Position numbers and translations under genes: made by a program
Shown: positions 55,278 through 64,000 of the stretch, piece after piece
How the letters are laid out: each line of letters opens with the position of its first letter
Position numbering within the stretch: the first letter of the stretch is position 1
Notes under the pieces: generated by a model
Database searches by the model: none
Told to the model about the DNA's origin: nothing
What the model saw: only the letters and a program-made list of their open reading frames with translations
Assembly (NCBI GenBank): GCA_963823655.1
Contig: CAWGMK010000007.1
Location: 192,001 to 256,000, forward strand
DNA: 64,000 nt
Origin: an uncultured Bacillota bacterium
Lineage (GTDB): Bacteria; Bacillota; DTU025; MWDF01
Direction of reading: 5' to 3'

Positions 55278-55799
55278 GTGAAAAGAGTACTACCTTGTTT
55301 GCTATTGCTTTTTTTAATGATCGGAATGGCAGGTTGTGCTAGTCAGATACCATGGTCCTTTTGTATAAATAGCCTCTACTACTCCGACTATATATCCCCA
55401 TGGAAGGGCATCATTATTGAAAACCAACCTAATTGTAAGTGGATCACTGCTGATGTATCCATTACAAATCTCACTGAGAGCCCCAATATAATCCCCGATT
55501 GGCATTCATGGTTCAGCCTGGTTGTGCTTGCAACAGATGGATGGGCGTATTCATACCCGGACAGCATCTTCCCGGAAGCGGAATACTGCATAAAAAGGAA
55601 TGAGCCGATACCGGCTCTGACTACGGTAAGAGGGGAGCTCTACTTCAGTGTGCCTGAAGAAATGATTTTTGTTTACGCCGTATCTATGGGAATACTAATG
55701 GGAGATGCCCAGTACGTAGAGCCCAATGCAGTACCCACGAGCGACATACCATTATTTTGGTTGGAAAACTTTGACCTGCAAGAGGAGGCCGAAATATGA
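55278..55799 (+). CDS. Hypothetical lipoprotein (DUF4352-like Ig fold possible)
   Basis: Lipobox MAGC; VRGELYFSVP pattern. Confidence 0.7.
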   Translation: MKRVLPCLLLLFLMIGMAGCASQIPWSFCINSLYYSDYISPWKGIIIENQPNCKWITADVSITNLTESPNIIPDWHSWFSLVVLATDGWAYSYPDSIFPEAEYCIKRNEPIPALTTVRGELYFSVPEEMIFVYAVSMGILMGDAQYVEPNAVPTSDIPLFWLENFDLQEEAEI

Positions 55800-56707
55800 A
55801 GAGGCTTGCCCGAGTTTTACTTGTTTTGGCTTTTGCGGTATTGATGCATGGCTGTTCAAGCGGGCTAAGTGATATTGAAATAGTGAGATTAGGCAGACCT
55901 ATCCACCCGGGTGAAATCGATACCTTAACAGTTTTCGGCCTTAATCAGGCAGGCGCTACTAACCCGGTAGTTGCAGATTGGACATTAGAGGGAGAATGTG
56001 CGGTTTTGCTTAATAGCACAGGATATGCCGCAGACGTTTTGGCAGTAGAACCTGGCAGGTATAGAGTAACTGCTATAAAAGGAAACCTAACGGACGTTAA
56101 GGACTTCGATATCTATCTCCCTATCACGACAAGCATTTTCTGCGTCAATAAGAATCCCGAGAAAAGGCTGGAAATACAAGTAGGTTCATCCTGTGATATC
56201 CGCGCATATGGATTTGACCAATTCGGACGGGAGGCATGGTTAGACCTTGAGTGGAATGTAACCGAAGGACTTGGTGAGTTCACCGAGCTTGAAGACATAG
56301 TCTGCTATAGCCGAGTTTCTTTTAAGGCTACTAAGGGAGGGATAGGGTGGATTACTGCTTCCGAGGGAGAAGCTAGCAATTCATTTATGGTAGTTGTCTC
56401 CCCATATGAGCAAATTCCAACAGAATTCGTTATAACGCCTGCTTCTAGAGAAGTGAGGACTCCTGGTACCGCGCAGTTCTACGTCACCATGTATGACCAG
56501 ATAGGAAAGTATATGGATATCGATAATATTACTTGGGAGCTCGTAGGCGACATTGGGCGTCTTTTCCCTTCTTCCGGCGGCGGCATTTCCATCTTATTTG
56601 TCGCCGAGAAGGAAGGCACCGGGACCTTGACTGCAAGCTATGGAGATTTCACGGCTACAGCGGTCATTAGCGTATCTGCTTCGGCGCCTTATTCCAAATC
56701 TCAATGA
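55796..56707 (+). CDS. Lipoprotein with repeated Ig-like domains
   Basis: Lipobox MHGC; repeated DQ.G..W...G.G...F.A...G.G.ITAS units; overlaps the upstream stop (ATGA). Confidence 0.75.
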   Translation: MKRLARVLLVLAFAVLMHGCSSGLSDIEIVRLGRPIHPGEIDTLTVFGLNQAGATNPVVADWTLEGECAVLLNSTGYAADVLAVEPGRYRVTAIKGNLTDVKDFDIYLPITTSIFCVNKNPEKRLEIQVGSSCDIRAYGFDQFGREAWLDLEWNVTEGLGEFTELEDIVCYSRVSFKATKGGIGWITASEGEASNSFMVVVSPYEQIPTEFVITPASREVRTPGTAQFYVTMYDQIGKYMDIDNITWELVGDIGRLFPSSGGGISILFVAEKEGTGTLTASYGDFTATAVISVSASAPYSKSQ

Positions 56708-57081
56708 ACCTGTTGGGGCGATGTGGTCCCGTTTTCTACTTGATGTGCTCATGCTGGCCACTGAATTAAGAAGCAGCTGCACTCGGCATATTATTCCCTG
56801 TACGAACCGGGGGTGGGGTATACGTTAATGAGGGTTAGTTCAAAGATTTCCTTTTAGGGGCTAAGCAATGCACCAATATATACAAAGAGAGAAGATTAGG
56901 CAGGACGGAGCTTCCTAATACGTTACTAATGCCGCCAGTTAAGCTGGCGGTTTTCTTGATGGTCAACACATTTTTGATTTCAAGTCGGTAGAAAACACCC
57001 GATTTCATTATATTGCTATCATACCTGCACCTTAAATGTTCTAGGCTTTGAGCTCGGACAACGTCCTAGACGATGCTTTTA

Positions 57082-57135
57082 TTAACACAAATGTCACATG
57101 GCGTTAACATAGCCGTAACCTTCGCTAGGTAATAT
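57082..57135 (+). promoter_or_regulatory. Pho-box / OmpR-type direct-repeat array and -10 element upstream of cotH
   Basis: TTAACA-N5-GTCACA-N5-TTAACA-N5-GTAACC with 11-bp period, then TAATAT. Confidence 0.7.
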
Positions 57136-57269
57136 TGGTGCAAACAGGACATTAGTAATAGATCGTGCCTGAGAATCTATGGTTCGGACAACAGATTGAA
57201 CATAGCTCGAATCAAGGCTCTCATCCGTTCCTTGATTTGAATCCCTTTACAAAGAATTCGAGGTGAAAC

Positions 57270-58943
57270 ATGAAACAAGGCGTGAAGAATATCAGGTTTC
57301 TATCTATAGCTGTTGCCGTTGCCCTGGCAATGAGCCTTGCCTTTACGGTAGTCGGAGCCGCCCGAGAGGCAAATGCCGGCAGCGCTTCGGAGCCGGAATA
57401 TGTGACAAAGATCTTCGGTACGGATATCATCTCCATCGAGATCATCGCGGATGAAGCAGTATGGCAAGGCATGCTCGACAATGCCATAAACGAGCAATAC
57501 ATAATGGTCGACGTGGTTGTGAATGGGACGAAATTCCAAAATGTCGGCATCCGCCCGAAGGGCAACTCCAGCTTGACGCAGGTAGCGGCCTCTAACAGCG
57601 ATCGATATAGTTTCAGGCTGCAATTTGACGAATATGTTAAAGGCCAGACTTGCTTCGGACTTGATAGCTTCGTTATGAATAATATGCTCGGGGACAGCAC
57701 CTACATGAAAGAGTATGTCTCTTATGAATTGATGAGCGAAATCGGCGTGGATGCACCATATTTCGGCTATGCAGACATAAAGGTAAACGGCGAGAAATGG
57801 GGCCTGTACCTGGCAGTTGAGCGATACAGCAAAAGCTATGAACAGCGCGTTTTCGAAGATACGTCAGGCATGCTTTATAATGTAAAAATCTCGGGCATGA
57901 ACGGAAACGAGGGAGGCAATCTGCCGGGGCAGCTTCTAGGAAATGCCCCTGCCTTGCCGGATGGACAGAATGTCCCGGTAATGAAGCAAATTCCTCCAGG
58001 CATAGTCGGAAACCTAGACACCTCATCCCCGGCCGGGAGCACCTGGGCAAACTTCACACCCCCGGTTAATGCAGATGGAAGTGCATTTGTGCCGCAGATG
58101 CGCGGCGAAATAGGAGGAATGGACAGGAATTTCGGGGGTATAGGCGGACGTGGTAGCTCGGGCGGAAGCCTAGAGTACACGAATGACGATGTCGAAAGCT
58201 ATAGAGCCATATTCGATAATGTGGTAGGCAAAGGAACGGATAGCGATTTTCAGAGGGTTGTACAAGCGCTAGAGGCGCTTTCCGAGGGCGAAGAACTAGA
58301 GAAGTATTTCGACATTGACCAGATCCTGCGCTATCTGGCGGCGCATACCATTGTTGTGAATTTAGACAGCTACAGCTCAAGCATGGCGCAGAACTACTAC
58401 ATATATGAGCGAGAGGGCCAGATTACCATTCTGCCTTGGGATTACAACCTCGCCTGGGGCGGTTTTCAAAGCGGCAGCGCAACCTCAGTGGTGAACTTCC
58501 CGATTGATACGCCGCTAAGCGGAGTTGAGATGGCAAGCAGGCCATTGATCGATAAGCTATTCGCAAATGAGGGGTATCTAGAGAAGTATCACAGCTATAT
58601 GCAGCAGTTGATCGACGACTATTTTGCAAATGGCAAGTTCGAGGAGAAGATTAGCGCACTAGATGCCAGGATTTCGGATTACGTAAAGAATGACGCCACC
58701 GCGTTTTGCTCATATGAGGAGTACAAAAAAGCCATCTTGGCATTTAACATCCTTGGCGATCTTCGCGCCCAAAGCGTTCAGGGTCAGCTTGACGGCTCAA
58801 TTCCTTCTACTACAGAAGCGCAGAATCAAAGCGCAGATAAGCTTATACCTGCAGGGAATCTAAAATTGTCCGACCTTGGTAGTATGATGGGTGGAAGAGT
58901 CGGCAATAACACCAATTTTCCGGATGGAATGAAGCCAAGATAA
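57270..58943 (+). CDS. CotH kinase family secreted protein
   Basis: GIRPKGNSS, YMKEY, GLYLAVE, NLDSY..QNYY and LPWDYNLAWG; Gly/Pro-rich insert. Confidence 0.9.
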   Translation: MKQGVKNIRFLSIAVAVALAMSLAFTVVGAAREANAGSASEPEYVTKIFGTDIISIEIIADEAVWQGMLDNAINEQYIMVDVVVNGTKFQNVGIRPKGNSSLTQVAASNSDRYSFRLQFDEYVKGQTCFGLDSFVMNNMLGDSTYMKEYVSYELMSEIGVDAPYFGYADIKVNGEKWGLYLAVERYSKSYEQRVFEDTSGMLYNVKISGMNGNEGGNLPGQLLGNAPALPDGQNVPVMKQIPPGIVGNLDTSSPAGSTWANFTPPVNADGSAFVPQMRGEIGGMDRNFGGIGGRGSSGGSLEYTNDDVESYRAIFDNVVGKGTDSDFQRVVQALEALSEGEELEKYFDIDQILRYLAAHTIVVNLDSYSSSMAQNYYIYEREGQITILPWDYNLAWGGFQSGSATSVVNFPIDTPLSGVEMASRPLIDKLFANEGYLEKYHSYMQQLIDDYFANGKFEEKISALDARISDYVKNDATAFCSYEEYKKAILAFNILGDLRAQSVQGQLDGSIPSTTEAQNQSADKLIPAGNLKLSDLGSMMGGRVGNNTNFPDGMKPR

Positions 58944-59371
58944 GCTACTATCTTCGCAGTAAGATGGGATTGTGAAGTAGTTGGGGCCCACCTTTGGCAT
59001 AATGAAGTCATTACCGCCAGTGTTTATTTGCTGGCGGTTTTGTCTTTGATTTTCGCCCTTAGTGGAACAATGGGTAACCTAAGTGCGGATGGGCAAAATA
59101 TCGGCTGTTGGGTGGGAAAGTCGTTTTCGAGCAAGTGGCGGCAGTTCATTTCGTTTTGGGATTGGAACGCCGCCGGTACAGGTTTTGGCTAGGATCTTTG
59201 CTAGTCTTCAAAAACGCAATAGCAGTCGAAATACGATTAGCGTTCCGGCTCTAAGGGTAGTGTAAAGGCATACAAAAGCAATTCGAAGAATCAATTTTGC
59301 AGGAATTAGGAAAATTTGACAGAAGGATATTCCCAAGTAGTTGTTATCGGAACCGCAAACTAGCATGAAGG

Positions 59372-61021
59372 GTGGCGAGACGGATGTCGTTGCATGCGAT
59401 GAAGGTCATTAGAAACGCAGCAATATTGATCCTAGCAACGATTATATTAACCGCTGGCTGTTCATCGAAACCTTATCAAATATCAGGGACTATAACAGGG
59501 ACAGATGTTGAGGATGTTGAGGTTCACGTCTTCGGTACCGCAACATTTGTATTAAGCGACGCAGACGGAGAATTTGCGATTGGAAATCTTGTAGGAACGA
59601 AGAAGATCGTGCCTCAGAAAGAAGGGTATGAATTCACTCCATCGGAGAGGACGGTAAATGGCCCGTCGACGACTATCGACTTCTTATGCTCCGAGGTTGA
59701 AGAGACATATAACGTCTCAGGCACAATCACCGGGGCTGGAATAAGCGGTGTGACGCTGACTGTGCTTGGGAAAGGGATAACTACTACCTCGGATGCAGGT
59801 GGTCATTACTCCCTGTTAGGACTTGCGGACGAAAATACTATTATTCCTTCTAAACCAGGTTATACGTATACGCCCACCCAAAGAGTCGTAACTGGGGCCA
59901 CTACATCTGCCGATTTCGTGGGAACTGAGGCTGGTGGCGGCTCCTCAATTATTATGATAACTGGCGGTGACGGGCATACTCTAGCAATTGATGAGGATGG
60001 AACGCTTCTGTCTACCGGGTATAACAGCAGTGGGCAGCTTGGGAACGATTCTGACGAAGACACCAACGAACCAGTTGTCGTATCTGGAATAACCTTTGCC
60101 TCGGATATTGCCGCTGGTGAGGTGCACAGCGCTGCAATAGTCAACGGGCACCTATACACATGGGGAAATGATACCAGCGGGCAGCTCGGTATTGGAGGCA
60201 TTGGAGCAGAAGTTTGGGTGCCAGCTGAAGTAACGGGGATTACAGATGCGGTTTTCGTAGATGTTGCTTGCGGTTCGGATCATACGATTGCATTGACCGA
60301 TGATGGAGAGGTCTACACTTGGGGAGATAATGACTATAGCCAACTTGGCAGGGCAGTAGATGAATCTCACCCATCTAATCTTCCTGGCGTAGTAAATCTG
60401 GCGAGTTTTCTGCCGGATGTTCCAATAGGGGTGTATGCAGGAGATGCGCTTTGCCTTGTCCTAATGGATGATGGAGGCATGGTAGGATGGGGGGCAAACT
60501 ACTATGGAGAGCTAGGATTGGGGCCGGGTCAGCCAAACATTATAGCGACTCCGAGGGCAGTCCTTATCTCTGATGTTGAAGAAGTATCAACGGGGTATTA
60601 TCACACAATTGTCCGCAAAAGCAACGGTGAGCTGTTTATATGGGGCTATAACTGGGATGGCCAGATTGGTGACGGGACAAATATTGACTGTCCCACACCA
60701 AAACACCTGTCTGGTTTCGACAACGCGCTGAGCTTCTTGGCTGCAGGACTATCCTCATTTGTGGTGAATAGCTCAGGCGAAGTATATGCTTGGGGTAATA
60801 ATTCCAGCAGCTATCTGGGTACAGGAGAATCCTCTACCAAGATTTACTCCCCTACGCAGGTGCAAAACCTTGCTGACATAGAAGTGATCTATGGAGGGTA
60901 TGATTACACATTCGCATTCGAGACTGACGGGACTATGTGGGGATGGGGGAACAACGGCGATGGCCAGCTAGGTGACACGACATGGACCTCAAGACCGCTT
61001 CCGGTCCAGATCACTTGGTAG
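59372..61021 (+). CDS. RCC1-repeat lipoprotein with two N-terminal beta-sandwich repeats
   Basis: Lipobox TAGC (start may be 59399); about 7 WG.N..GQLG repeats; duplicated ISGTITG...GY.F/YTP..R.V units. Confidence 0.88.
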   Translation: MARRMSLHAMKVIRNAAILILATIILTAGCSSKPYQISGTITGTDVEDVEVHVFGTATFVLSDADGEFAIGNLVGTKKIVPQKEGYEFTPSERTVNGPSTTIDFLCSEVEETYNVSGTITGAGISGVTLTVLGKGITTTSDAGGHYSLLGLADENTIIPSKPGYTYTPTQRVVTGATTSADFVGTEAGGGSSIIMITGGDGHTLAIDEDGTLLSTGYNSSGQLGNDSDEDTNEPVVVSGITFASDIAAGEVHSAAIVNGHLYTWGNDTSGQLGIGGIGAEVWVPAEVTGITDAVFVDVACGSDHTIALTDDGEVYTWGDNDYSQLGRAVDESHPSNLPGVVNLASFLPDVPIGVYAGDALCLVLMDDGGMVGWGANYYGELGLGPGQPNIIATPRAVLISDVEEVSTGYYHTIVRKSNGELFIWGYNWDGQIGDGTNIDCPTPKHLSGFDNALSFLAAGLSSFVVNSSGEVYAWGNNSSSYLGTGESSTKIYSPTQVQNLADIEVIYGGYDYTFAFETDGTMWGWGNNGDGQLGDTTWTSRPLPVQITW

Positions 61022-61439
61022 CCCAATAATTGCAGAAGATCAAACTGTCCGAAATATGAGGAGCTCCACTAGGGATTGCTAACACTATGCATACCGGCGG
61101 AGCTTCTCTTGTGCTCAAATGGAAAGTAGACGGGATGAACGCGAAATCCCCGTTCATCTAGTAGAACTCAAAAGAAATTGTTATTCTGGTTCCTGCACAA
61201 TTAGGGTTATAATCCGCCAGTATGCTGGCGGATTTGTTCTAATTCGTTGGCGGTAAAAAACAGGCTTAGCATTCTCGAACAACATGTGCCAAAGCGTAGG
61301 GATTGAGAGATTTCCTATGGCTCACGTAAAGCATGTGGAATCTCCCGCATGACTGATGGCATTTTAATAAGGTATAACTCGAACATTGCCAAAACCCCCT
61401 TGTAACCAATTTAAATGGTAGTTACTCAGATACGACTTC

Positions 61440-61775
61440 CTATTGCATCCAAGAGAATACCTACAAATGGCTGCGTCTGTTCATTCGGGAAACCGTCTAA
61501 GAACTGCTCACATGCGGTTGCTCCATGTACGCTCATCCTAAGAACGCTTAGACGCACTCCTTTATTGCTGACAGATGAATCGAATTTGGTTCTTGTCAGC
61601 TGATGGAGAGGAGTTCGCAGCTTTTATCAAGCCACTCTTCCATTTCGCTGAAAGTTACGACATAATCCATCGCTTTTTTGCTCTCATTTTCTTTTTTCTT
61701 GTGATCGCAAGGTGAGATGAAGACAGTTTGCAGCATGTTCCGTACCTATCTTTTGCTTTTCTCTCATGTAAATCA
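61440..61775 (-). pseudogene. Decayed fragment of a [FeFe]-hydrogenase-like (Fe_hyd_lg_C) protein
   Basis: Minus strand reads KDRYG / TVFISPCDHKKKE..MDYVVTFSEMEEWL with a frameshift and stop codons. Confidence 0.5.
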
Positions 61776-61808
61776 CTAAAGCCAAAGTGGCCGATATTTA
61801 TCATGCAA

Positions 61809-61863
61809 AATAGTTGACATTGGAAACCATAAAGGTTTTAATAATAGTTGACTATGGAAACCA
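61809..61863 (+). promoter_or_regulatory. Duplicated MarR operator overlapping the promoter
   Basis: AATAGTTGAC(AT/TA)TGGAAACCA occurs twice, 34 bp apart; TTGACA and TAATAA elements. Confidence 0.75.
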
Positions 61864-61886
61864 ATTAACAAGGAAGGAGGTATCCT

Positions 61887-62339
61887 GTGAACAAGAAAAT
61901 AGCAAACATATATGACCTTATCCAAGAACTATCATGGTATTTCGGAAATCAAGGGTTCAGCGGAAAGTGCTGTGGAAACCTCTCCTTGGTTGAATTTACG
62001 GCCCTAAAACACCTAAGCATAAAGAATATAGCCTCTGTACAGGAAATTGGGGTCTCTTTGAATATCTCAAAAAGCGGTGCGAGCAAGATAATCGATCGTC
62101 TTGAAGCTGACGGTCTTGTCCTGCGTGAGAAGTCCACCGTCGACGGGCGTGTATGTTGCGTAGCCATTACTAAAGAAGGGGTAAACATGGCATCAAAAAT
62201 AACTGATACTTACTCTTCTTATGTAAATGAGGCGCTTAGGGATTTGGAACCAGTATCAATAGAAAATATCGAAAGCTCTTTGGCTATTCTAACTGATTCA
62301 ATACGCAAAAAAGGTTTCATTAAACCAACGGCAATGTGA
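61887..62339 (+). CDS. MarR-family regulator with Cys pairs
   Basis: SKSGASKIIDRLEADGLV.R...DGR winged helix; CC pairs. Confidence 0.9.
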   Translation: MNKKIANIYDLIQELSWYFGNQGFSGKCCGNLSLVEFTALKHLSIKNIASVQEIGVSLNISKSGASKIIDRLEADGLVLREKSTVDGRVCCVAITKEGVNMASKITDTYSSYVNEALRDLEPVSIENIESSLAILTDSIRKKGFIKPTAM

Positions 62340-62355
62340 AGGAGAAAGCGAAGCA

Positions 62356-63246
62356 GTGAATACTTTTATTGAGACAGTTAAGTACTTCTTCTACATTTTG
62401 GCTGAATTAACTGTGCTGTTTTTAGGAATCAGCACGGTAGTGGCTTTGGTGCTCATGTATTTGCCTCAAAAGAAGCTTAAGGGTTGGATGTCGGGGAAAG
62501 GGCTCATAGGTAACTTGGTCGGGGCGGCAATAGGGGCGGTTACGCCTTTTTGTGCTTGCTCTACCATTCCCTTGACCTTAGGATTTCTCGAAATGGGGAT
62601 CCCATTTGGGGCCGTAATGTCATTTGTTATCTCATCGCCTTTGCTAAATCCAATAATTCTAACAATGATTGTGGCATTGATGGACTTAAAATCGGCCATT
62701 GTATATTTCCTGGTTACCTTCATCGGCGCCATAGTTTTCGGAATTGTCCTTGAAAAGATTGGTGGCGCCAAGCTTATTAAAAATGTGCGAATAAAGTCGG
62801 GCGGCCACGAGGATGATGTGGATCTACCTTCGGCTTTCTTAATCAGATTGAAAATGGCCTTTATTAAGGCTTGGGGGGACTATAGGGGCGTACTGGTATT
62901 CCTTCTAATCGGAGTTGGGGTGGGGGCATTTATCTATGGTTACCTGCCTCAGGATTTTGTGCTGAGGTATGCCGGTCCAGATAACCCATTTGCCATTCCT
63001 ATCGCTGCGGCAATCGGAGTTCCACTTTACATCCGGGCAGAGACAGCCATACCTATCGGAGTGGCTCTCATGGAAAAAGGAATGAGCGTTGGAGCCGTAA
63101 TCGCACTAATAATCGGCGGCGCTGGAATGGCCATACCAGAGATGAGCATGTTGGCCAGTATATTCAAGAATAAACTGGTTGCGGCCATTGTAGGAGCAGT
63201 ATTCTTTACAGCCGTAATTGGCGGCTACATCTTCAATATGATTTAG
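62356..63246 (+). CDS. DUF318/ArsP-family permease
   Basis: TPFCACSTIP, SPLLNP, GVPLYI and GAGMAIPE. Confidence 0.9.
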   Translation: MNTFIETVKYFFYILAELTVLFLGISTVVALVLMYLPQKKLKGWMSGKGLIGNLVGAAIGAVTPFCACSTIPLTLGFLEMGIPFGAVMSFVISSPLLNPIILTMIVALMDLKSAIVYFLVTFIGAIVFGIVLEKIGGAKLIKNVRIKSGGHEDDVDLPSAFLIRLKMAFIKAWGDYRGVLVFLLIGVGVGAFIYGYLPQDFVLRYAGPDNPFAIPIAAAIGVPLYIRAETAIPIGVALMEKGMSVGAVIALIIGGAGMAIPEMSMLASIFKNKLVAAIVGAVFFTAVIGGYIFNMI

Positions 63247-63255
63247 GAGGAAAAG

Positions 63256-63429
63256 ATGATGGATGAAAAAAAGGGGTTCTTAGGCGGTCTTTTAGGAAGC
63301 AAAAAGGCAAAGAAGAGTCCTTGCTCATGCGGATGTATGGTGCTTGAGGAAATTCCCAGTAAAGATGCTGAAAAGAAAGATGAAAAAGAGCCCTCAGAAA
63401 ATGAGAAGGGCTCTTGTTGCAAGCAATAA
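63256..63429 (+). CDS. Small Cys-rich protein (57 aa), absent from the ORF track
   Basis: AGGAGG RBS; MMDEKKGFLGGLLG..PCSCGC..GSCCKQ*. Confidence 0.7.
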   Translation: MMDEKKGFLGGLLGSKKAKKSPCSCGCMVLEEIPSKDAEKKDEKEPSENEKGSCCKQ

Positions 63430-63567
63430 GTAACTGGCCGCTTCTTCTCTCCTAGAGTCAATGCGATAACTACAAAATGGGCATAACCGAAGCACAAGGG
63501 ACTTTGAAACAGATCCCAATGTAGTCACAACAAATCTCGGCTTACCTAAAGAGAATCGGGGTTCAAA

Positions 63568-64000
63568 ATGGAGAATATTTTAGAAATCAAAGGACTCCAA
63601 GTAATATATTCTAGCAACCAAGAGATAGTGAAAGCGGTCAACGGTATAAACCTATCTCTTGCAAAGGGCAGAACTCTTGGAATAGTAGGTGAAACTGGCG
63701 CGGGAAAAACAACAACCGCGTTAAGCATTATGAAAATTCTGCCCGAGCTGACCGGTAAAATCACCGGCGGCTCTATCATTTTCAATGGGAAGGATCTCAC
63801 CGATGTTTCGGAAGCGGAGATGCGCCTGATTAGGGGCGGGATGATATCCATGATATTCCAGGATCCCATGACAAGCCTTAATCCTGTGCTAACGGTCGGA
63901 GATCAAATCGCTGAAGCCATAGCTCTTCATAAAAACTTGGATTCCAAAGGCGTTCAAAAGCGGGTGTCAGAAATTCTAGAGTTAGTTGGCATACCTGCTT
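63568..64000 (+). CDS. Oligopeptide/dipeptide ABC ATPase (partial, runs off the window)
   Basis: GIVGETGAGKTT and MIFQDPMTSLNP. Confidence 0.9.
   Translation, partial: MENILEIKGLQVIYSSNQEIVKAVNGINLSLAKGRTLGIVGETGAGKTTTALSIMKILPELTGKITGGSIIFNGKDLTDVSEAEMRLIRGGMISMIFQDPMTSLNPVLTVGDQIAEAIALHKNLDSKGVQKRVSEILELVGIPA

Overview
Bacterial chromosomal DNA, probably an anaerobic Bacillota-type organism (an SLH protein, TATAAT promoters, GGAGG ribosome-binding sites). It is moderately GC-rich to about 55 kb and visibly more AT-rich after that. Many genes carry single-base frameshifts, most simply explained as long-read assembly errors. Contents in order: proBAC-argGH; two paralogous lipoproteins; a nuclease-like ORF; an RpiR-regulated operon encoding a tripartite tricarboxylate transporter, two dehydrogenases and a clear PEP mutase with no phosphonate-biosynthetic partners; a LacI-regulated aminotransferase/M24/LIV-ABC/DapA-like aldolase operon; a TetR module; secreted peptidases; an SLH protein; a nagA/uronate isomerase/M24 cluster; malic enzyme plus split fumarase; patB; a radical SAM gene; and an accessory region (lipoproteins, CotH with a Pho-box-like promoter, RCC1 protein, MarR-permease). 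The best candidate for a new system is the pepM operon (10163-17163), which looks like a phosphonate uptake and catabolism pathway running PEP mutase in reverse. No rRNA, tRNA, CRISPR array or intact mobile element was seen. All family calls come from recognising motifs by eye; no searches were run.
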